Part shown: in pieces, positions 17,044 to 25,200 of the stretch | Numbering within the stretch: the first letter of the stretch is position 1 | How the letters are laid out: each line of letters opens with the position of its first letter | Source: Bifidobacterium longum subsp. longum JCM 1217 | GTDB lineage: Bacteria; Actinomycetota; Actinomycetes; Actinomycetales; Bifidobacteriaceae | Length of the DNA stretch: 32,000 bases | Reading direction: 5' to 3' | Assembly (NCBI RefSeq): GCF_000196555.1 | Contig: NC_015067.1 | Span: forward strand, 630,001 to 662,000 | Translations under genes and position numbers: made by a program | Notes under the pieces: generated by a model | Database searches by the model: none | The model's input: only the letters and a program-made list of their open reading frames with translations | Told to the model about the DNA's origin: nothing

Positions 17044-17261
17044 GGCGATACTCCCGTGTGTATGGCGTTTGCGTGGTGTGTGTATGACGTGTCGTGGCGC
17101 GAATCAATGCCACAGTATTAAACCTGTAATAGATATCAGTTTAGTCTGTATTTCTCCTGTTATCTTAGGTCATGGCTCGTGCGAATAGCGTTGATGTTTG
17201 CGACTGCGGGTCATGAGATGGAATCTGAGATGAGGCTGTAGCCGGAAGAGGAGAGGATCGC

Positions 17262-18776
17262 ATGCTGGAAGCGGGCACGATGTTGCTGTTCTGTGCGGTG
17301 CTGTTTGCCAGCGTCGCCCTCGGCTGGTCGATTATTCCCGCGCTGTTCGTTGGTGTGCTGCTGTTCATGGGGTATGGGCTGGTTCGCCGGTGCTCGTTGC
17401 GCGCGATGGCGAGCCGTGCGGCCGGCAGCGTACGGTCCGCGGGGACCGTGGTGGTGGCCTTCGTGCTCATCGGCGTACTGACCTCGCTGTGGCGGGCCAG
17501 CGGGACCATCGCCTTCATCGTGGCCCATTCGACCGCGGTGATTCACGCCGCCACGGTGATTCCGCTGTCGTTTCTACTGTGCTCGGCGATGTCGGTGCTG
17601 GTCGGGTCGTCGTTCGCCAGTGCGGCGACTATGGGCACCATCTGCATGTCGTTGGGATTGTCGATGCAGGCGAACCCGGTGATGCTCGGTGGCGCGATTC
17701 TTGCGGGCGTCTATGTGGGCGATCGTTGTTCGCCGGTTTCCACCAGTGCCTTGCTGGTCAAACAGCTTACGCATACGAACCTGTTCAATACTATTGTCCG
17801 CATGCTGCGCACGGGTGCGGTGCCGTTTGTGCTGAGTTGTGTGGTATACGTTGCGGCTGCGGTGGTGGAGTGGCTGTGCGCGAGCGGTGGTTCCGGATTT
17901 GGTGCGGCTAGTGCGGCTGCTACGGCTGGCTCGGCTGGCTCGGCTAGAGCGGCTGTTTCAACCAACGCAAGCAGCATAACCGATATCGGCGGATTGTTCT
18001 CATCGGCCTTCGATTTGCATTGGCTTACCCTAGTTCCAGCATTACTGGTCATCGTGTTGGCGTTGCTGCGTGTGGATGTTCGGCTGCTTATGCTCGCCAG
18101 CATTGCCGCCTCGGTCGCGGTATGCGTGGGCGTGCAGCACATGGAATGGGCAGAACTGTTGCGGCTGCTTATTTTCGGTTACCATGCGCAAAATCCGCAG
18201 GTGGCCGCACTCCTGGACGGCGGCGGCATCCTCTCCATGCTCACTGTGATGGCCACTGTCTGTATCTCCTCCGCCTACGCCGGCATTTTTGCCGAGACGC
18301 GGATGCTTGCTCGGCTGCAGCAGGTCATCGAGATGCTCGGTCATCGCATCGGCGCATGTGGTGCCACCATGATTACCGCGACTTGCGCGGCGGCGCTCGC
18401 CTGCAACCAGACCCTCACCATCATGCTCACTCACCAGTTGTGCGGTGGGCTGTACGGCGACGACGAATCCGAACGCTCCGCACAAGCTATCGATTTGGAA
18501 GACAGTGCCGTGGTGATCGCTCCGCTGATTCCTTGGTCGATCGCCGGTGCCGTGCCGCTTGCCACCATCAACGCGCCCACACTCAGCCTGGCCGCCGCGA
18601 CCTTCCTCTACCTGCTGCCGCTCTCGCGGATGCTCGCCTCGGCTGTACGCCGCCGCTCGGGATTTCGGACTCGGCATCGATCCCAAAATCAAAACCCGGG
18701 ACTCGCCATCCCACACCGGCCCAAACCCATGCTCCACATGTTCGCTCATGGTTTCCATCCTAAGTCGGGCGATTGA
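17262..18776 (+). CDS. Polytopic membrane transporter, NhaC-family Na+/H+ antiporter-like
   Basis: 504-aa, highly hydrophobic ORF with more than 10 predicted TM helices. The N-terminal region resembles NhaC-family proteins (recollection). Strong GGAAGAGGAGAGG RBS. Ala/Gly/Ser-rich insert at about 17880-17985. Confidence 0.7.
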   Translation: MLEAGTMLLFCAVLFASVALGWSIIPALFVGVLLFMGYGLVRRCSLRAMASRAAGSVRSAGTVVVAFVLIGVLTSLWRASGTIAFIVAHSTAVIHAATVIPLSFLLCSAMSVLVGSSFASAATMGTICMSLGLSMQANPVMLGGAILAGVYVGDRCSPVSTSALLVKQLTHTNLFNTIVRMLRTGAVPFVLSCVVYVAAAVVEWLCASGGSGFGAASAAATAGSAGSARAAVSTNASSITDIGGLFSSAFDLHWLTLVPALLVIVLALLRVDVRLLMLASIAASVAVCVGVQHMEWAELLRLLIFGYHAQNPQVAALLDGGGILSMLTVMATVCISSAYAGIFAETRMLARLQQVIEMLGHRIGACGATMITATCAAALACNQTLTIMLTHQLCGGLYGDDESERSAQAIDLEDSAVVIAPLIPWSIAGAVPLATINAPTLSLAAATFLYLLPLSRMLASAVRRRSGFRTRHRSQNQNPGLAIPHRPKPMLHMFAHGFHPKSGD

Positions 18777-18789
18777 GCGCACGAGGCAA

Positions 18790-19449
18790 TCAGGCCGAGA
18801 ACTGTTTGCCGAATTCCGAGAAGAGCTGACGGCGGGCGAAGACGAGCAGGCCGAGCAGCACCAGCAGGGAGACCAGCCCGCTGACCATCACCAGTACATC
18901 CCACGGAGCCCAGCCGAGCGGAATGAACGTCAGAGGCATCAGACCAGCGACGATGTCGAACGCCAGATACTTGGCGTACTCGTCAATGGCCTTGGCCCGC
19001 AGCACGATAAGCAGCACCACGTCAAAGACCAGCGAAACCAGACACGTGATCGGTATGACGAACATGGTGACGACATGATTCATCGTCGCCACAAACCAGA
19101 CCAGCGCAATCGCCAGCATGATATAGAAATATCGAAACATGAGGCGAAGCGGCCGCGGCACGTGCAGAATCGCACTATTGATGAACAGCACGCTGATGAT
19201 CAGCGCGGCCGCCGATGCACTGGCAATCGGTATCGGCCACGAAAACAGATAGCTGAAGAAGCCATGCAGCAGCAAAATCGCGCCGGTTACAAACGTGATG
19301 ATTTCCACCGCCAAACGCCTCGGACGCAGATAGATCTGCTGCGCGGGGAATGCGGCGGGGGAGGCCTCGCCGCGCAATTCGTTCTGGCAGAGCGGGCAAC
19401 GGGCCATATCGCCGGTGAAATCGACGGTGCAGGCATCGCAATGCTTCAT
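18790..19449 (-). CDS. Zinc-ribbon (CxxC...CxxC) N-terminal domain fused to a ~6-TM membrane domain; uncharacterised (I recall similar proteins annotated as DUF6320)
   Basis: MKHCDACTVDFTGDMARCPLCQNEL followed by six hydrophobic helices. ATG 19449 overlaps the stop of the upstream acyltransferase (ATGA). The longer track ORF (to 19527) would overlap that gene by 80 nt. Confidence 0.7.
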   Translation of the reverse strand: MKHCDACTVDFTGDMARCPLCQNELRGEASPAAFPAQQIYLRPRRLAVEIITFVTGAILLLHGFFSYLFSWPIPIASASAAALIISVLFINSAILHVPRPLRLMFRYFYIMLAIALVWFVATMNHVVTMFVIPITCLVSLVFDVVLLIVLRAKAIDEYAKYLAFDIVAGLMPLTFIPLGWAPWDVLVMVSGLVSLLVLLGLLVFARRQLFSEFGKQFSA

Positions 19450-20816
19450 GCCGACGCTCCTTTCTCCACATGCACGCCAGCGATGTTCATACGGCCGCTG
19501 ATGCCCTGCGCGGCGAGAATCCGACACAGGTTCTTGATGACGTTCAGATCATGGTAGATGGTGGAGATGCCGATGCTCAGGTCGTCGCCGAACGAGCAGA
19601 CCGTGAAATTCAGGCTGGCCGGTGTGGTGAGGAAGCTCACCGAACGTACATGGCGCGCGAGTCGTTCGTCCAAGGTGACTCGGCCAAGGTTCGAGACGGT
19701 GGTCGTGGTCTCGCGGTCGGCGATGAACCGGGCCAGCTCCAGCACCCAGTCCTTGGCAGGGGAGGGCGCAAGACGCAGCACCGGATTCTTTTCCAGCGCA
19801 ATCATGCGGTTCATATGCGATTCGACGCGCTCGCGACTGGTGGCATGGCCGAGCTGCTCCTGCACATGGCGGGCGATGTCGGCCAACGGCTCATCGGTCA
19901 GCAATCCACCCATACCGTTGCCGTGCGCGGTGCGGGCGGCGGACTGCTGGCCGTCGCCGGCTGCGTCTGGGCTTGTTGCGGAAGTTTTCGCGGAGTCCTC
20001 ATCGGCTTCGATTTCGGCCGGCGTGTACGCCACGTAAGTCATGCCGTAGAAGTTGCGCACGGTCTCCGACCTGAAGAAGGCGCGCAAGTCGACCGGAATA
20101 TCCACGCGAATCGCGCGATTGCGGGCGCGCGAGGGCATGACGTCGCGAATCGCGCACAGTATCGCGGCGATGAGGTAGGAGGTGAGACTCACTCCGCACT
20201 GATGCGCTGCACCAAGCACCTTGCTGGCGCTGACGTGGTATTCCATGAACGTAGGCGCGGCCCGGTCGATGGGGCCGGCCAGCCGGTAGATCTTCGTGCC
20301 TGGCGCAGCGCCGGCCTTGTCTTTCTCGTAGTATTTGTCGAAGCTGTTTTCGGCTTTGTCGCTATCCGAACCGTCGTAATCCGAAGGCACGCCCGGCACG
20401 TCGTATCGCTCGGCGATGTAGGCGTGCAGCAGCGACTTGAACAGGTTGATGGCGCCGCGACCGTCCGAAATGATGTGCGAGACCTCGAGATTGACACGAT
20501 TGCGGAAATAGCTTACGCGGAACAGCATGCTTTTGGGCCCGTAATGCAGTCGCGAGCATATCGGCAGATGTTCCGGCTCCACCAGCGGCCGGCCGTCTGA
20601 CTGTTCGAGGTAATGCCAGAACATGCCGTTGAGCAGGTGCACGTTGAAGCTCGGGAACTGGGCGATGGCATGGTCGAGCGCGTGCTGCAGGATGTCCGGA
20701 TCGATGCCGTCCGCCAGCTCGGCCGAATAGCGGAACACGGTCTGCGAGGAGCGGCCAGCCTGGGAGGAGTAGAACTTGCCGATGTTGTCTAGTCGGTACC
20801 AAGTACGTCTTGCCAC
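19446..20816 (-). CDS. HxxxD-motif acyltransferase of the condensation-domain / PapA5 / WS-DGAT / alcohol-acetyltransferase-like superfamily
   Basis: 456 aa with SHIISDGRG (His codon 20475-20477), the HxxxDG catalytic signature, at the usual distance (~115 aa) from the N-terminus. GTG start overlaps the esterase 3' end by 28 nt. Low-complexity insert EADEDSAKTSATSPDAAGDGQQSAARTAHGNG. Confidence 0.7.
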   Translation of the reverse strand: MARRTWYRLDNIGKFYSSQAGRSSQTVFRYSAELADGIDPDILQHALDHAIAQFPSFNVHLLNGMFWHYLEQSDGRPLVEPEHLPICSRLHYGPKSMLFRVSYFRNRVNLEVSHIISDGRGAINLFKSLLHAYIAERYDVPGVPSDYDGSDSDKAENSFDKYYEKDKAGAAPGTKIYRLAGPIDRAAPTFMEYHVSASKVLGAAHQCGVSLTSYLIAAILCAIRDVMPSRARNRAIRVDIPVDLRAFFRSETVRNFYGMTYVAYTPAEIEADEDSAKTSATSPDAAGDGQQSAARTAHGNGMGGLLTDEPLADIARHVQEQLGHATSRERVESHMNRMIALEKNPVLRLAPSPAKDWVLELARFIADRETTTTVSNLGRVTLDERLARHVRSVSFLTTPASLNFTVCSFGDDLSIGISTIYHDLNVIKNLCRILAAQGISGRMNIAGVHVEKGASA

Positions 20817-22087
20817 GCGTCGCCTCCCTCCGGTGCGTTGGCGGTGGTGCCGGTGCCGGGAGCTGGTTCCAGCGGTGTGCCGTCGAGGAAATGCTCGATG
20901 ATTCGGTAGGTGGTGGCCACCAGTCCCACGGCCGACGTATTGAGCAGGTAGCCGTGGATGCCATCGTGAATTCGGTAACAGGAGACGTTGTCGTTCACCA
21001 ATTGCAGGCGACGGGCGTACGCTTCGTCCTCGTCTCTGAGCGGGCAGTATTCGGCGGACAACACCAGCGTGCGCGGCTGATTGCTCAGGTCGTGCGCGGT
21101 GAGCGGCGCGAAATACGGATTGGTCAGATCGGCCACGGACGAACGGTACATGTCGATGTAGTCGGCCATGTCCTGTGCGGTGAGGATGTAGTCGGTGCCG
21201 TTGGTCCGCACCGATTCGAACGGGCTGGTCTCGGGATTGTAATCGTTGCCGACTACCGGGTAAAGCAGCATCTGCGTGCGCGGCATGAACTCGCCGCGGT
21301 CGCGGGCCATGAGTGAGACGGCGGCCGCAAGATTGCCGCCCGCGCTGTCGCCAAACAGCACGATGCTGTCGGGATCCGGTGCTGGGATTGTCGCAGATAT
21401 ATCGCCCCCGCCGGCGGGGGCTGTCGGCGCAGCCGACTGGGGGTGATCAACATCAACAGAACCACCCACCCCAGAAATCGGCAATTCCCCAGCAAACAGC
21501 TGCCGGGCTACCTCATAGCAATCCTCAACAGCAGTAGGGAAGCGGTATTCAGGAGCCAGCCGGTACTCGACTGAGATCACACGGCGTTGCAGACGTACGG
21601 CCATATGCGCGCAAGCCTGCGTGTACAGGTTGATGCCGCCTGTGGTCCAACCGCCACCGTGGAAAAACAGGATCGTGCCACGCGGCGTGACTGAGGGAAG
21701 TTCCGTGTTGGCATTGCCGGAAATACCGTCGGCGTTGCCGCTCGACGTGCTTTCCTTGATGAGTATTTTGGGTAGGACTTTGGGTAATACGGCGGGCAGA
21801 ATCGCGGATATTGCCGAGGCCACGGGCGTGCCATTGGCGGAAGATTCCTCCAGGGCTTCGGGCAGGGGCGCTCCATAGGCGACCAGCGGCGTGAACACTC
21901 GCAATGGTACGGCATATCCATCCGCCATAGGCGCGAAGGCGTCCTCGACACGGCATTTCGGATTGTCGGGTGCCTGCTTGGCGATAAGCTCTTCCGCCAC
22001 GCGCTGCAATTTGTACGACTTGCCCGCGTTGGGCTTGATGTAGCTGGCGGCCTTCATCGCGGCGAACAATGCCTCGTTGATCGGCAT
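20789..22087 (-). CDS. Alpha/beta-hydrolase, hormone-sensitive-lipase (family IV) type esterase/lipase with two insertions
   Basis: Oxyanion motif HGGGW, nucleophile elbow GDSAGGNLA, downstream Asp (RDEDE) and His (DGIHGY). Start set at ATG 22087 (GAAAGGA RBS) rather than GTG 22129. Confidence 0.85.
   Translation of the reverse strand: MPINEALFAAMKAASYIKPNAGKSYKLQRVAEELIAKQAPDNPKCRVEDAFAPMADGYAVPLRVFTPLVAYGAPLPEALEESSANGTPVASAISAILPAVLPKVLPKILIKESTSSGNADGISGNANTELPSVTPRGTILFFHGGGWTTGGINLYTQACAHMAVRLQRRVISVEYRLAPEYRFPTAVEDCYEVARQLFAGELPISGVGGSVDVDHPQSAAPTAPAGGGDISATIPAPDPDSIVLFGDSAGGNLAAAVSLMARDRGEFMPRTQMLLYPVVGNDYNPETSPFESVRTNGTDYILTAQDMADYIDMYRSSVADLTNPYFAPLTAHDLSNQPRTLVLSAEYCPLRDEDEAYARRLQLVNDNVSCYRIHDGIHGYLLNTSAVGLVATTYRIIEHFLDGTPLEPAPGTGTTANAPEGGDAWQDVLGTD
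21404..21443. repeat. Hairpin repeat element (copy c) embedded inside the esterase coding sequence
   Basis: GCCCCCGC-CG-GCGGGGGC (18-nt palindrome, 21404-21421) followed by TGTCGGCGCAGCCGACTGGGGG. This is the same architecture as copy a (…GGGGAGC TGTCGGCAAAGCCGACTGAGGGG). It is read on the opposite strand as HPQSAAPTAPAGGGD. Confidence 0.65.
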
Positions 22088-22158
22088 GACGACAGGTCCT
22101 TTCAGCGGCGGATTCGGTAGTGCGAACACCCCAACCTTAGCCCATGACCGGCATGAAC

Positions 22159-22190
22159 AAAAAAGGGAAGGAACCCGAGAGTTCCTTCCC
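22159..22190 (-). terminator. Rho-independent terminator of the purC-purL transcript
   Basis: On the minus strand: GGGAAGGAAC-tctcgg-GTTCCTTCCC followed by TTTTTTG, 35 nt after the purL stop. Confidence 0.85.
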
Positions 22191-22224
22191 TGTGTGCCGT
22201 ATCAGACGCGATACGCGCCGATTA

Positions 22225-25200
22225 TCAGGCGGTGAAGTATTCCACGCCGGCCTCGAAGATCGGCTGGTACTTGTTGCCGGGCACGTTGACGTACAGGCCG
22301 TTGCCGGAACGCTCCGAGTGACCCATCTTGCCAAACACGCGGCCGTCCGGGCTGGTGATGCCCTCGATGGCGAGCAGCGAGCCGTTCGGGTTCACATCCA
22401 GGTCCATGCCGGGGGTGCCGGTCTCGTCCACGTACTGCGTGGCGATCTGGCCGTTGGCCCTGAGCTGGGCGAGCACCTCGTCGGAGGCCACGAAGCGGCC
22501 CTCGCCGTGGGAGATGGCCACGGTGTGAATGTCGCCGACCGAAGTCTTGGACAGCCACGGGGAGAGGTCGGAGGCCACGCGCGTGCGGACCAGTCGGCTC
22601 TGGTGGCGGCCGATGGTGTTGAAGGTCAGCGTCGGGCAGGCGTCGGTCATCGGCACGATGTCGCCGTACGGCACCAGACCCAGCTTGACGAGCGCCTGGA
22701 AGCCGTTGCAGATGCCGAGCATCAGACCATCGCGGTTCTTCAGCAGGTCACGCACGGCCTCGGTGACGGCCGGCGCACGGAAGAACGCGGTGATGAACTT
22801 GGCGGAACCGTCCGGCTCGTCGCCGCCGGAGAAGCCGCCTGGGATCATCACGATCTGGCTCTTGTTGATCTCGTCGACCAACGCCTGCGTGGATTCGGCG
22901 ACGGCGGCCGGCGTCAGGTTGTTGACGATCAGTGTGGTCACATCGGCGCCGGCACGCTCGAAGGCGGCGGCGGAATCGTACTCGCAGTTGTTGCCCGGGA
23001 ACACCGGGATCACCACATGCGGCTTGGCCACGGAAGAGCCGACGTACACGGTCTTCTTCGGCGCGTGGAAGTCGATGGTCTCGACGGTCGCGCCCTTGTC
23101 CTCGCCCTTGGAACGGTACGGGAACACGGATTCGATGCCGGACTCCCAAGCTTCCTGCACAGCGTCCAGGTCCAGCGTCTCGCCGGCGGCCTTGAACACG
23201 TACTCGGAGGTGGTGGTGCCGATTTCGCCGATCTCGACCAAATTGGAGACGGCCGGAAGCTTGGCATCGTCCGCCAGCTCGACGATGAACGAACCGTATG
23301 CCGGGGTGAACAGGTCGTCCACGGCGATGCTGTTGTTCAGGGTCACGCCGATGCGGTTGCCGAGCGTCATCTTGAACAGGGCTTCGGCGGTGGCGCCATA
23401 GCCCGGCGTAGAGACGGCCAGGGCATCGTGGAAGTCGGTGAGCTCCTCGATCACGGAGAACACCTCAAGCAGCGCATCCTTGTCCGGGGTCAGACCGTCG
23501 GCCAGGTAGCGCGGCGCGATGCGTACGATACGGTGATCGGCGTCCTTGAATTCAGGGGAGGTGGCGCGCTTCATGTTGCCCACGGCCACGGCGAAGGAGA
23601 TCAGCGTCGGCGGCACGTCGAGATCCTCGAACGAACCGGACATGGAGTCCTTGCCGCCGATGGCGCCGGCGCCCAGGTCCACCTGGGCCATCAGCGCGCC
23701 GAGTACGGCGGCCGCCGGCTTGCCCCAGCGTTCCGGCTCGTCGCGCAGCTTCTCGAAGTACTCCTGGAAGCTCAGGTAGGCCTTCTCATGCTCGAAGCCG
23801 GCCGCGACCAGCTTGGCCAGCGACTCGACCACGGACAGGTAGGCGCCGGTGAACTGGTTCTTGGACATGATGTACGGGTTGAAGCCCCACGCCATCGCCG
23901 AAGCGGTGGTGGTCTCGCCGAACACCGGCAGCTTGGCGACCATGGCCATGTTCGGGGTGAGCTGACGCTTGCCGCCGAACGGCATGAGCACGGTGCCCGC
24001 GCCGATGGTGGAGTCGAAGCGCTCCGAAAGGCCCTTGTTGGAGGCCACGTTGATGTCGGTGACCAGCTTGTTCATGCGTTCGGCCAGCGTGCCCTCGCCC
24101 CACGGGGTCTCGTAGGACTGCTGTTCCTCGACATGCACGGTCTGGTGCTTGGAAGCGCCGTTGGAGGCCAGGAACTCACGGGACAGATTCACGATCTTGT
24201 CGCCGTTCCAGGTCATCACCATGCGCGGGTCCTCGGTCACGGTGGCAATCACCGTGGCTTCGAGGTTCTCTTCGCGGGCGTAGGCCAGGAACTCGTCCAC
24301 GTCCTCGGCGGCCACGTCCACGGCCATGCGCTCCTGGGATTCGGAGATGGCCAGCTCGGTGCCGTCCAGGCCCTCGTATTTCTTGGGCACGGTGTTGAGG
24401 TCCACGAACAGGCCGTCGGCCAACTCGCCGACCGCCACGGACACGCCACCCGCGCCGAAGTCGTTGCAGCGCTTGATCAGACGGCAGGCATCGCCGCGGC
24501 GGAACAGACGCTGCAGCTTGCGCTCCACCGGAGCGTTACCCTTCTGCACTTCGGCGCCGTCGAGTTCGAGCGATTCCACGTTATGCGCCTTGGACGAACC
24601 GGTGGCACCGCCGATGCCGTCACGGCCGGTGCGGCCGCCCAGCAGGATGATTTTGTCGCCAGGGGCCGGGGTTTCGCGGCGCACATGGTCGGCCGGGGTG
24701 GCGGCCACGACCGCACCCACCTCCATGCGCTTGGCCACGTAGCCGGGGTGGTAGATCTCGTCGACCTGACCGGTGGCCAGACCGATCTGGTTGCCGTAGG
24801 AGCTGTAGCCGGCGGCGGCGGTGGTCACGAGCTTGCGCTGGGGGAGCTTGCCTTCCAGCGTCTCGGAGACCGGCACGGTCGGGTCCGCGGCGCCGGTGAC
24901 GCGCATCGCCTGATACACGTAGGAGCGGCCGGACAGAGGATCGCGGATGCAGCCGCCGATGCAGGTGGCCGCGCCACCGAACGGTTCGATTTCGGTGGGG
25001 TGGTTGTGGGTCTCGTTCTTGAACAGGAACAGCCAGTCCTCGTCGTGGCCGTTCACGTCAACCTTGACCTTGACGGTGCAGGCGTTGATTTCCTCGGACT
25101 CGTCAAGGCCGGTCAGGACACCGTTCTTCTTGAGCCACTTGGCGCCGATGGTGCCCATGTCCATGAGGCAGACGGGCTTGGCGTCACGGCCGAGCTCGTG

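Noticed and set aside
18020-19557. Several 240-340-aa ORFs (18020-18763 +, 18042-18782 -, 18547-19557 +)
   Set aside because: They are alternative frames or strands of the NhaC-like and zinc-ribbon membrane genes. Their Arg/His/Gly/Gln-rich translations have no hydrophobic or motif structure.
19470-20600. 376-aa plus-strand ORF
   Set aside because: It is antisense to the HxxxD acyltransferase gene. The translation is Arg/Gly/Ala/Val-rich and low-complexity, typical of shadow ORFs.
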